This document shows, piece after piece, positions 27,746 through 40,471 of a stretch of 64,000 bases of DNA (the stretch's first letter is position 1; each line of letters begins with the position of its first letter). The position numbers were made by a program, and so were the translations under genes. The DNA lies in the NCBI RefSeq assembly GCF_001194135.2, contig NC_068983.1:35641969-35705968 (forward strand). Reading direction: 5' to 3'. The stretch comes from Octopus bimaculoides (taxonomy: Eukaryota). The notes under the pieces are model-generated. The model worked only from the letters and a program-made list of their open reading frames with translations, searched no databases and was not told the DNA's origin.

Positions 27746-27971
27746 CTCAACTAACTCCAGTAGAGTATCGAACTGAAGATCACCACCATCGACTTCAACC
27801 TTATTGTTAGTCTGTAGCACACGATAGTGCTCCACTACATCCCCAGGGATGACTAGCGACAAGGTGTAATCCCCAGGGTAATGGCCATTCTCTCGTACAA
27901 GGAATGACCCTATCATGTGTCCAGCCAGAAGAGATTCTGCTTCTTCTCGGCTAACTTTTCCATGATACCAT
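27746..27971 (-). CDS. CSK: Divergent Csk-type SH2 exon A (WYHGKVSREEAESLLAGHMIGSFLVRENGHYPGDYTLSLVIPGDVVEHYRVLQTNNKVEVDGGDLQFDTLLELVE)
   Basis: 226 nt (1+75 codons) after a long poly-T tract and tgttgcag|, ending GAG|gtatac. FLVRE and YPGDYTL motifs are intact. It lies inside ORF 27647..28069. Confidence 0.88.
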
Positions 27972-29396
27972 CTGCAACAAATACCACAGGCTGCTAAAGG
28001 AAACAGTTGCATAAAAAAAAACATAAAAAACATCCACAAAAGAAAAAAAAAAGAAAAGGAAAGATACACAGTTAAATTAAATCATATATTAATATCAAAA
28101 GCTTTTAATTAGTTAAAAAGAACCACTCCAAAATCATAACTGTATAAAAAACCTTCAGTGTCCTGGAAAATTTCCAGGCAATTGACATACATTTATACAT
28201 AAACACATTTATTTTTGTTGGTTTAGCACCAGGTTTTTTTTTTTTTTACCAATCTGCAATATAGGTTCTTTCTGTATTCTTGTTGGTGGATCAACTTAGC
28301 TAGTTTTCTTTAGCATCTCTCTCTCTCACACACACGTTTTCAATGACTGTAATGCCACTCAACTCCAGTAATTAAACCACTCATTTTTGTTGTATGTCCA
28401 TAATAATGCAGCCATTTTTCTTTCAGACATCAACCAAAGATTTCTCAAGTTCACCTTCACTAAACCTGTCCTTCAACTTGATCATAGAACATACTTTCAT
28501 AGCTGTACACCCACCATATATCAGGTTCATGCTTCACAAAACATGTGTGTTTCATATAGAACCAATTTAACTTCAACAGACACAACAGTTCAATAAATTT
28601 TTACTCACTTTGTACCTAAAACATAACCACTAGATGTTGATTAAACTGTTCAAGTAAAAAACATTTATCTATGGCCTTCTGCAAGCTCTGCTCCAAGTAG
28701 TCCCTTACAGCATACACTTAGGACAACAGGGAGTCTCTACATGGTCACACGACCTGCTAGAAATAGCAGCCATATATCTCAAAACATACCCAACTGTCTT
28801 AGAAAAGAACACAATGTGGTCCTGGGTTTCTTTGCATGAAGGAAGCTGGGATAGTTGTGGCAGAAACACCTTTGATCATAGGTCTGTTCAATGAAAACTG
28901 ACCTGGAGATTAATGAACAACAGTAGTAATTGCAATAAATGATGAGATCTACTAATTGCACCTAATTGCTCAGCTGACTACTTTAGAACTATTTATATGC
29001 CATAGATCTGCTCATACTGGACTGACTAGGCAGAGGGGGAAATTTACAATTAGAATTTCACAGAACCTTTGTAGTTATGAGTGTTTTTTTTTACGTTAAT
29101 TATTGTCAAAGCAAGACAGAGACAATTAACCAACAATTTGGCTGAATAATTTCAATCAATTTTGATTGGCTAATTAGCAGAGTCATCAGAGCATTAGATA
29201 GAGTGCCTTGTGATATTAGTTCTTTCTGATTCTCTGTGCTTCGAGTTCAAGTTCTCCAAGGTCAGTTTTGCTTTTCATTCATTCAGGAATGATAAAAAAA
29301 AGTAATACCCATCCAAGGGTACTGTAAAGACATCCAGTTCTTGTGTTCTGAGTTGAAATGACCCTACAGAGCCCAACCCCTAACTTGTTGACTCAC

Positions 29397-29488
29397 CTGC
29401 TTCTTGAGTTTGATGGAAGACTACTATTAGAGGTACACTTAAGCCCTATTGAAAATATTTTGCATTGGAAATTCTGCATTTTTTCCAT
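29397..29488 (-). CDS. Candidate alternative first coding exon (MEKMQNFQCKIFSIGLKCTSNSSLPSNSRS+AG), phase-compatible with the SH2 exons
   Basis: ATG-initiated 92-nt open frame ending at a consensus CAG|GTGAGT donor in phase 2, with an in-frame TGA upstream of the ATG. No recognisable domain. Confidence 0.4.
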
Positions 29489-31111
29489 GACACATAAAAT
29501 ACATACATACACAAACATCAAATAATGGTATCATACATTTGACAATATTATTCAGAAATATTAGGAATTAAAAATAAGTGATTTATTACAGTTTACCTTT
29601 ATTACTGGAATGGAACTCCAAAATAAAAAAATAAATAAAATAAAAGGTAAAGAGAATTTAAAAAAAACAACATTTCAATTCTTAAATGTTGAAAATGCGA
29701 TGAGTACGGAAGACATTTCACAGAAAAAAAAAGTCAAAATAAACAAAGAAACAAAACAAAAAACAAACACATGAGCCAGAGCATTTGTGTTGCTATGATC
29801 TCAGTTTCTACTATGGCTATTGCAGGCAATCCTTTGCTTAAACACCACCACCTGACCCATAACTACCTTTAGCAATGTATGAAGTCATTTTGTAAGAAAT
29901 TTCAACCAGATGTCTACTCTGAGGATAACTTCCTTCCTCTCACCAATCCCAGAGATCCTAAATAATAATATATACACTCAACCCCGTTTGAAAGCCTCTA
30001 AAAGATTTATACAACCCAGCGATTAGCAGTTTTGTGGTGCATGGAAAGGAGATAAATCTGTGATGGCCAGTAATTTCATAGGTACTTCCTATACCCATTG
30101 CTGGTTCTTATACAATATTGTTCCAATCTAAAGCATCAGCAACAAAACACCAGCAATAGATTTGAACTCCCAATTCATGAAAAAGTAGTCTCCTGTTTTA
30201 TTAATTCAACCAACTTTACCTATTTTAAAATAATATAAAGAGAGCCTCTTTGGAGATCATTCAAGCAGTTAGAAACAGTAGACAAATTTCTAACCAATCA
30301 CACAGCCTATTAGAAAAGAAAAGCAGGTCACAACTGGAACTCTTGGCTGAGCTGACCTGGTACTAATAATAACAAAACAGCTGTCATTCTCACCTCAGTA
30401 TTCATTGGTTGTTACTAAAAAATATAATAGTATCCAGTAGTTAAACAACTGACTGTTCTTCCTGCTTCAATAAATATTCTTAAAAATTGAATAATATAAT
30501 TTACTTGAAGCAAAGTGGAATACAACTAAATCTGATTAAGAAAACCACAACAATACACTGTTGGAAATAAATGAGTAACAACAGAAGTTTACACAGTTTT
30601 ACCAGTTTTGCCTAGTGCAAAATATTTCAATTTACGGTGGAAGGTAAATGTAAATAAAAATAATTTGCTTTTCTTTTGCTTTTTTTTTTAACTAGTACCT
30701 TAACAGTACAACATTAATAGGGTTTTAGAATACAGGAGCTTATCTTCATTTCATCAGGCACTTCCTTTCTATGGAAAGCTGTAAGTCTAATGCAGATCTA
30801 TCCCTTGCTAAGAATGGTGATCAGCACAAACAGAAGACAAAAATGTTTGTCAGTTATGCAGTGCTTTCTGGCATATCACAGTGAGTTTCACCTCCTCATA
30901 GTACTTAATCTTACAACTAATAGGGAAGCTACTAAAAGTTGACTGCTTTTTGTCAAAAGTAAAACACTGTAAAGAGTTATGATACAAGGTAGACTATTCA
31001 ACCATTCAGTTGGCATATCATGGACTCTGTGACAATCTGTGGATCTTTAATGGAGAAAGGATTACAGTACATATATCATCAGAATGAAAACAATTATTAT
31101 TATCATTATTA

Positions 31112-31145
<34 letters not shown>

Positions 31146-31456
31146 AGCAGTGAAGTGATAGAAATGGTAGAGGGCCAGACCAAATGTCTAACATTATCTT
31201 AATTTTCTCTTCAAGCTTTAACTGAGGTCAAATCTACCTTCTATCATTCCAAAGTTGGTAACATACTAGTCATGTTTTGGAGATGACTAAATCCACTAAA
31301 ATTCAATAATAATAAAGAATAATATGATAATGATAATATTTTGATTTTTGCAACAATAATAAATACAACAACAACAACAATAATAATATAAATGTTAACA
31401 ACCAACAAAAAGGCAGATAAAACATGGAATAACAAGAAACAAAGTAGATTACTCAC

Positions 31457-31557
31457 GGCATAGTCTGTAAGGAGACTTCTTGTCTCTTTTGAACATAATT
31501 TGCTGGGATCATTCCTTCTCTGCCATATGAATTTTTAGCTTGGTACCAATTAGGGTC
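31457..31557 (-). CDS. CSK: Csk-like tyrosine kinase, internal exon encoding the C-terminal half of the SH3 domain ([33 protein letters not shown]+CC)
   Basis: 101-nt open frame between ttttttattttag| and |gtgagt, phase 0 to phase 2. The peptide closely matches vertebrate [28 protein letters not shown]...LMP. The terminal CC joins the leading A of either SH2 exon to give Pro-Trp. Too short for the ORF track. Confidence 0.93.
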
Positions 31558-33717
31558 CTAAAATAAAAAAAATTAAAACTAATTAAACACAGGAAACTAG
31601 AAGTATTAAAATGAAGAATTTTCCTTTTATCTTTTTGGTACCAACCCACCTCAGACTATGCAAAACTTCTTTTAAAACGTTCCTATCTAAATTAAAAATC
31701 TTCCAACCTAATTTTATGTAAGAAATTTATTTTTTTAATTATGTTCCAAACATCAGCTTAATAATGAAAATGTTAGTTATTTTATTAAATCCCTTCAAAT
31801 TCTTTGTTATTTAGGAAAATACTGAAACATAGTGACTTCCATTAAAAATATAGTTTATAAAAGTGCTACAGAAGTGATAGTTGGAGAACAGCTGATTATA
31901 TTTCCCTCAGAAATTGATTGATATTTCATTTTATCAACCCCAAGAAGGGGTTTCACACCTTGATACTGTCAGTGCGTGTGTGTGTAGTAAGGGTGCACAG
32001 CTAAGTAAACAATACTGGACCCACATGGGTTTGACTCCTGGACTGGACCGCGTGTTGTCTCTTTAACACATAATGCATGACGGGCCACGATCGTAGCTCA
32101 GATAGACATTTAATTTATGGACGTTTGATGGAGTATAATGTCACTCAAACATTCTGATACCCCCCAGAATGCAAGGGGACTAATAGTTCAACTAATGACT
32201 TTTCAGATGATGTAGAACTTGACACCATTATATACTAAGAAGATATTTTAACTATTTTTGTTTTTTATGTGTGCATGGTACTCTCATTTTCATAAAATGT
32301 GCCCAGCAGTCCATGCTATGCAAGTGCAAATCCTAGCGCTTTATGGGTTAAGCTTGGCCCTAGTTTATTCAGCTGAAAAATGAGTATTAATCTAGTACTG
32401 GTGTAGACTTCTGTACCTCCAGCTCTCACATCCTTGATGCTCTGCTGGGCATGGATGAGCGGGCTAAGAAAGTGTCTATGGCTGCTCACAACTACAGGAG
32501 CTTCTAAAACAATTGGCAAAAGCACAGTACATGTTTCCAAGTCAATATACACTCGACAGTGATGGCTATGTTTTTGGCTTATGTGTGCGTCTCCTTTGTA
32601 CATGGACACCAATGATCAAGTCTACCAAATTCTCAGTATCAGGTGTAATAATATAACTTACTGCTATTAGTTAGTGGAAGTAGGGTTGTTGAAATACGTG
32701 AAGTCATCGTCAACATTACTGTTGTTTTAACGTCAACTTTTCCATGCTTGAATGAGTCAGATTTTCTACAGCTGGGTGCCCTTCCTGTCACCAGTTCTCA
32801 CCCTGTTTCTAAGTAAGGTAATATTTTCCCATGAAATATTACCTTTTATATATATATATATATATGATAGGCCTCTTTCAGTTTCTATCAACCAAATCTA
32901 CTTAAAAGTCTTTGATTGGCCTAGAGCTATAGCATAAGACACTTGCCCAAGGCGCCACACAGTAGGACTGAATTTGAAACCCTGTGGTTAGGAAACAAAT
33001 TTCTCACTACACAACGACAGCTGCATCTAGTGCTGAGTTCAGCTTTTGTTGCAACAAGTTACTGTGAAAGACCCACATCTTACAAGGTGATTTGTCTCGT
33101 TTAAAACTAGAGAACTTAGGTAAAAATATTAGCCCCTATGGTGTCTTGTATTTCAAGAAAAGACTAACTTAGCTTCAACTACAATTTAAAGTTTTCTTCA
33201 CAAGTGGTAGCTAACCCTATTTATTTATTCCTCAAACTACATGGGGACACACATTCAAAGCTTTGGTCCAATTTCTTCAACAAAGTACTTGAGAGATCCA
33301 CTTTCTCTTGATAGGAAGCTAGTGCCCAGAAGTGCTGACACTAGACTCCTAACAATTATGTAGAATAAAGTGCCTTGTCTGAATTAGATCAGATTTCATC
33401 TTATAATTTGCAAAAGCATGAAGACCAATTAGTCAGATAGCTATATTGCTACTATATATAATTGTATGCGAAAAATGAACCATCTCAATTCTGGCATCTG
33501 ATAACAAACTAACAAGTTATATTGGTATGATAAGGAACTCTAACGACAATATCTTAAAAAACAATAGATTTTGTTGTCTTGGGAAGATCATGGTTGTTTG
33601 ACCCCATGTCAGACCTATTCAAGATCTATTATTAAAAGGTATTTCAGCTGTAATTACTCGGTGTAATACTCGGTGTAATTACTTGGTGTAATACTACAAT
33701 GTTTAATGGGGTCCTGC

Positions 33718-33753
<36 letters not shown>

Positions 33754-35509
33754 GATGGCATGTTATATGAGGGAGATTTGACAGCTCATTTTTAGCAAAT
33801 TGAGTGAATGCATAGAGGGTTTCTTATTGGCAATTTGATTATGTTTTAACTCTTAGTATTATTTCCCTGCTAACTTGTAACACAGTGATAACATCTAACT
33901 ATACATACACCCACAACAGGTATATACACCCATTACTGGTGTCACAATGTATTTCTGTTTTTAGGACAGAGCATCATTCCTCTAATAACAGAACTTGATC
34001 AATTTTATAAAAAATCATTACACCCATAACCATACAATTGCATATACTGTAAAAACCCGTGTAATTTAAGCACTTTTTTTTAATCAGAAAAACAAAAATA
34101 AACTTTAGTGAGTGCATAAATTACATGAGTAGATTGCTTCCAGAATTTAAAAAAAAAAATTTTTTTGTTGTTGAAAAATGTAAACATTTATACTGAAAGT
34201 TGACTCATTTAATGTCAGAAAAGGTTTTTATAGAAAAAATATAATGAAGTTGACTTTTATTTATGCTGGATGGTATAACCCTTACTTTTTCTGTGTAAAT
34301 TTACAAAAAAGCATTAAATGGTTAACTACTTTTTGAAGTTTGATGTTCATGCTGGTAATCACAGTCTGGGCCATATTTTACATGATGTCAAGACAAGGAC
34401 GCACACACACACAAACAATTTTTTTCATTTCTCAAATTCACTTGCAAGGATTTGGTTTATCTGGAGCTATAGTAGAAGACACTTGCCCAAGGTTCCACAT
34501 GGTGGGGCAGAACCAGAAACCATGTGGTTGGGAAACGAACTTCTTAATGACACAGCCATGCTGGTGGTACGTAAAAAGCACATCCGAACATGGTCGATGC
34601 CAGTGCTGTCTGACTGGCTCCCATGCCGGTGACATGTAAAAAACACTCACTATACACTCGGAGTGGTTGGTGTTAAGAAGGGCATCCAGCTGTAAAAACC
34701 TTGCCAGAAACTGTCCAACCCATGCCAGCATGGAAAGCGGACGTTAAATGATGACGATGATGATGAAGTAGAAAGGTATTTCTTACTTAAAGAATGTCAT
34801 ATGTCACTGATCAGATAGTAGATTCGATCAAAACCTTTGTGATGATATCAAATGTTATATTGTTAACATGATATTACAACAGAAATGAATATAACAACAT
34901 GATTCTAATAGGACTCAAACTTATGTTGTCTGTGCTAAGTTGCTATTCAATATTGAACTGCTGCACCCACGTAAAGCTAAATTTCAATGTATGTCACAGT
35001 ACCCCGCTATGGTAAGTGAAACAAAAAAGAATTTTCCGTTTACATGAGTGAAACTACTAAATTTCTATAATGGTAGAGTCTTTGTGTAAGGAAGAAATTA
35101 AATCTATACAATGTCAGAATGAAGAGAAGAGGAAAATTGATCAGAGCTGATTGGATTCATTGGAATTATTGGAGAAACAGAACAATTCTTGGTGATAAAA
35201 ACGTCAATATATTTGTTTAGTAGACTGTATCTCAAACATGAATGTAGCTGTGCCACATAAAGAGTACCGGAGCTGGTACCACGTAAAAAACACTGGTGCT
35301 GGTACCACATAAAAAACACCCAGTACACTCTGTAAAGTGGTTGGTGTTAGGAAGGAGATCCAGCTATAGAAACTATGCCAAAACAGATGATTGCAGCCCA
35401 GTGCAGCTCTCTGGTTTGCCAGCTCCTTTCAAACTATCCAATTCATACCAGCATGGAAAACAGGCATTAAATGATGATGATGATGACGACAATTATGAAT
35501 ATATCAATA

Positions 35510-36869
35510 TCTATAAAACACAAGATGTTTGTGTGTGTACGTGATGTGGGTTATGCACGTCCACAAATTAGCACGCATGTCGCTCCAATTTTAGGAGGAC
35601 ATTGTTCATGACCCTATCTGTGTTTTTGTCAACTTTTTCTCACAGAGGCACCCGCGTATAGCTGTAAAAATCGATAAACTTTTACCAATTTTGAAGTTTG
35701 TTGACATGGCGAAGTCAAATCTGTGCGTACGCGCGTGAAGGAGAGAGAGAGAGAAAGAAAGAAAGAGAGGGAGAAAGAAAGAAAGAGAGAGAGAAAGAAA
35801 AAAGAGAGAAAGAAAGACATANNNNNNNNNNNNNNNNNNNNNNNNNNNNNNNNNNNNNNNNNNNNNNNNNNNNNNNNNNNNNNNNNNNNNNNNNNNNNNN
35901 NNNNNNNNNNNNNNNNNNNNNNNNNNNNNNNNNNNNNNNNNNNNNNNNNNNNNNNNNNNNNNNNNNNNNNNNNNNNNNNNNNNNNNNNNNNNNNNNNNNN
36001 NNNNNNNNNNNNNNNNNNNNNNNNNNNNNNNNNNNNNNNNNNNNNNNNNNNNNNNNNNNNNNNNNNNNNNNNNNNNNNNNNNNNNNNNNNNNNNNNNNNN
36101 NNNNNNNNNNNNNNNNNNNNNNNNNNNNNNNNNNNNNNNNNNNNNNNNNNNNNNNNNNNNNNNNNNNNNNNNNNNNNNNNNNNNNNNNNNNNNNNNNNNN
36201 NNNNNNNNNNNNNNNNNNNNNNNNNNNNNNNNNNNNNNNNNNNNNNNNNNNNNNNNNNNNNNNNNNNNNNNNNNNNNNNNNNNNNNNNNNNNNNNNNNNN
36301 NNNNNNNNNNNNNNNNNNNNNNNNNNNNNNNNNNNNNNNNNNNNNNNNNNNNNNNNNNNNNNNNNNNNNNNNNNNNNNNNNNNNNNNNNNNNNNNNNNNN
36401 NNNNNNNNNNNNNNNNNNNNNNNNNNNNNNNNNNNNNNNNNNNNNNNNNNNNNNNNNNNNNNNNNNNNNNNNNNNNNNNNNNNNNNNNNNNNNNNNNNNN
36501 NNNNNNNNNNNNNNNNNNNNNNNNNNNNNNNNNNNGGACAGGCTCCTTATTTTTTTGGTTAAGGTTGTTGGTAAGCTTTCCTAAGTTACTCCAATCCAGA
36601 TCCCCAATGCAAACCTTCAGATCAACCTTCTCCTATGCAGATCTCTAATGCAACATTTAAAAAAAGAGTCAATAAGTGAAAATAACCAATAAACTGATTC
36701 CTTATGGGATTTCCCAATCAAATTGCCAGCAAATCATTTTCAGCCAAACCAATTTCAACAGATTTCGCTCAAATCTGATGTCGATGTTACTTATTTTGGT
36801 TTGAAATAAAGGACTTAATCATTTAATAATCCTAGCTTAATCCCGAGCAGCACCGGGTTATACTGCTAG
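35510..36869 (+). mobile_element. Non-autonomous Helitron (spans the N-gap 35822-36535)
   Basis: 5' A|TCTATAAAA start, and a 3' GC-rich hairpin cccgagcagcaccggg about 10 nt before CTAG|T. Inserted at an AT dinucleotide with no TSD. The interior is relatively CpG-rich. Joining of the two ends across the gap is assumed. Confidence 0.65.
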
Positions 36870-37139
36870 TATTGGATAAAAAAAAAACCCCTTGGATGAG
36901 AAAAAACAGATTTGAACCATGCATTTACTGTATTGCAGACTCAACAATATGCTTATTCTGAAACAGGAGAGTCAGAAATCAAGCCAATCTAAGCCAAAAG
37001 AATGATGAGAATGATGATAATGATGTTCCTTCTCATGGTGGTCTTTGATCAGATTGAGCTTGTAGTCACTTGGTGTTGTTGAGTAAATTTGATCAATTTT
37101 GAGAGGATGAACGTATATGACATAAATTGGGGCTAGTCT

Positions 37140-37380
37140 GAATGCTCAGCATCAACCTGCAAATTGTCTGACATAATCTTGGCTATATTCGTGCAGGTGA
37201 CACGTAAAAGCACCTACTACACTCTCGGAGTGGTTGGCGTTAGGAAGGGCATCCAGCTGTAGAAACTCTGCCAAATTTATATTGGAGCCTGGTGTTGCCA
37301 TCCGGTTGCACCAGTCCTCAGTCAAATCGTCCAACCCATGCTAGCATGGAAAGCGGACGTTAAACGATGATGATGATGAT
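37140..37380 (+). mobile_element. Abundant SINE-like repeat with RTE-like 3' tail and (GAT)n end (also about 808-1000, 3540-3830, 6960-7240, 34560-34765, 35270-35490, 48270-48600, 52260-52420, 52870-53150, 63600-63770)
   Basis: Recurrent gtggttggcgttaggaagggcatccagctgtagaaac...cccatgccagcatggaaagcggacgttaaacgatgatgatg. Confidence 0.85.
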
Positions 37381-40300
37381 TGATGTTTATAATATAAAGT
37401 TCAGTGGCCATACACTCTTCATTGTGGTTCCTCTTGCTGGAAGATTGAAAAACAATAAACAGGTGGTTTTCATTTCAATGTTTTAACTGTTACATTGAAT
37501 AAGAGAAGCAATTATGTACCAACCTCTTCATTGGTTTGTGATTAAGTATTAAGTCAATTGAGTTGACATTTTTATCCCTTTATCACCTTTGCCTGCCAAC
37601 TCATTATATTAATTGCCTTTTACATTAATCATCCACAACATAGAAGCACTGGAATTTGAAAAAGTGCTAAAAGTAAACCTTAGATCATATATCTGACTTC
37701 AATTGATGATTTTGATTGTGAATCCCTAAACCAGATCTCAGAAATGTCTTTTAAGTCCTCAAAAGGAACTTGAAAGCCAGTTCCTAGCTCTCCAGAAGAA
37801 GGATAAAAATTCTCCCTCAACAGAATGCCACTCTTTCACAGATAAAATGATTTGGTATTCCTGGTAATTACATTAACAAAGGCATGTCGAATAGAGTGCC
37901 TTGCCTAGAAACACAATGAAAATGCTTACAAGAAATTTAGAATTGCTCATGTAATATTCTATCCACCTAGCCATTTAGCAACCACTATTCTCAAATATTC
38001 ATACAAAAATCTTGCATGCCAATTATACTTCAATGCAAGATTGTTTTATTGTGTACATATCAAGCGATCTGATTAACTGTCAAGCAAGTTTTCAGTGTGT
38101 TTTATATCTTGTGTGAGTTAACAGTCAAAACACATCAAAGTCAGGGATTAATGGTCGAAATTTCTACACAGACAAGAGAGTGTATCAACACTTGACAACC
38201 AATTTATTAACTTAATTAGTTTAAAGACATATTTGTGAGTTGAAACAACAACAACAAAATCTCGCTAAGAATGTTAATAATAATAATACTAAACAACAAT
38301 GGTACAAAAGTGATTATAAGTGGTGTCTGATTAATCACCAACTTAAAAGGTTGATTACTCCTAAACTCTGATATGTTCATGACAATATAAAGATCATAAT
38401 GATTTCTAAGACAGACAGAAGGCAACAGATGTTGGGAAATGAACAGTCAATTTAATTTTAAATGTCCAGCCTGTGCTAGTATGGAATGTGGATACGAAAT
38501 GAGAATGATGATCGTTCAATATTTGACTGGTGATTATTTTGTCAAATCTCAAAAGGACGAAAAATGAAGTCAGTCTTGGCTGGATTTGAACCCAAAAGCA
38601 ATGGGACACAAACTAAACATCACAAAGCTTTTTAATTTTTTTTCCATATTGAGTATTTTAAAGATAAACTCAAGGACACATATTTAGACAAGAGATCTGT
38701 TAATAAAATTGACCCCAAGTAAACCATAGCTGGCAAACAAACACTGCTAAACACAATGAAGTGGGGTGTCTTCTTTTTTTTTTTCTTAGTTTTGCTTTTT
38801 TTACATTGAGTATTTCAAAAATAGACACCAGGACACACATTTTTAGAAGTGATATCAGTCAATTCATCCAACATCTAACTCACTAGATTTAGTATTGGAA
38901 GAAAGGTTAACAATAGTGATAGTTGGGTTTTGACATGTTTCATATAACATCAGAAGTACTTATTTTTCATTTAATATCAATGGTTTAGAATGCGCACTTT
39001 TAATTAAGCACTTCCATTCCATTTGAGTGCACTTTTGCAACTGAAACAGTTCTTAAGTATTCAAAGTTGCCTATTAGAACCATTTAAAAAAAAAATTTAA
39101 TTAATAACCTCTTATCTTTCATCTCAACAGTCATGACTACATCCAATTAGATTATACCAAAGATGTACTGAAAAGTTTTGAAAAATCTAAAGCAAAGCTT
39201 TTGGCTTGATGTTTCTTCAATGTTTTCCAATCTGCTTTTATAACTGATAAGATATAAAAGGAAAAAAAATTACTTCTTTCACTTTTTCTCTTTTGAAGAA
39301 ACTATCTTTTTTCCATGCTAAACTGAGTAGAAAGGAAAAATTGTTTTCTCAACTGCTAACTACTTAATCATGCCAAGTAAGCAAAGTGAGGTAAACAGAA
39401 AGAAGAACTTTAAGGAAACAAGTGATGGTTTGCATTGATATCCATCAATTCTGAGATTTAAAGCAGGGTCTTTGAACTTCATATTTCATAAATGAGGCAA
39501 CTATCATCATCATTTAATATCTATCTTCCAGACTAGCATGGGTTGAACGGTTTGACAGGAGTTAGCAAGCTGGAGGACTTCACCAAGCTCTACCATCAGT
39601 TTTGGTATGGTTTTTACAGCTAACCACTTTACAGGGTTTTAATGTCAACCTCTTTACAGAGTGGACTAGATGCTTTTTACAAGGAACAGGGTGATCTTTA
39701 CTTGGCACTGGGTACTTTTTACATAGATATGTGTTTTGATTAAGGCTATCATAACACATGGCTCAGAGAACTTTTAATTATGTGGCCAGTGGTTCAGCAA
39801 CTTAACCTTTCTGTTACCATATTTCTATTGAAACAGACTGTCTTGGCATCATTTAAAAACAAATAATTTAGTAAATTAACTGTGTCATTATTAGACTGGA
39901 GATTAGAACATATATATGAAATTTTGATGAAAGGTCTTAATTTAAAATTCTTGGAAACAAGAATTTTTGTACCCTAGTATCAAAGACAGCCACAGGCGAG
40001 TTGGTATGAAAGGGGTTACCCTCACTGTTAGGACTGCAGTGATAGAGAATGAAATTTTGTTTAAGAATTTTAACCTTGCTACTAAAGTAAAATGATGTCC
40101 AAATAAGTTTTCTTTATGCTAACATAAAAATCCCTTCCAAGTTTAATTTAGACATTTGGTGGGTAATTACCAAAACAAAAATAAGATAAAGAGTCAGGAA
40201 ATAATTTTGACAAAAATAAACAAACTAAGTATTTTATGAGTAAAAAGAAAATTCTAAGGAAAATCTCTTTTGGGAAGGAAGGTTATAGAATATTGTAGGT

Positions 40301-40415
40301 TAGCAAGTTGAAGAAAAGAAGATGCAATGAGACATTTTGGGTGCAGTCAGGATGGAAACGGGGAGTGCAAAGGTTGTTATATTAAACAAAGAAAAAAAGT
40401 GGTTGCACACACGTG

Positions 40416-40471
<56 letters not shown>

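Noticed and set aside
37680-37815. Minus-strand GFQVPFEDLK resembling the start of a kinase domain
   Set aside because: No GxGxxG follows and the frame hits a stop; likely coincidence.
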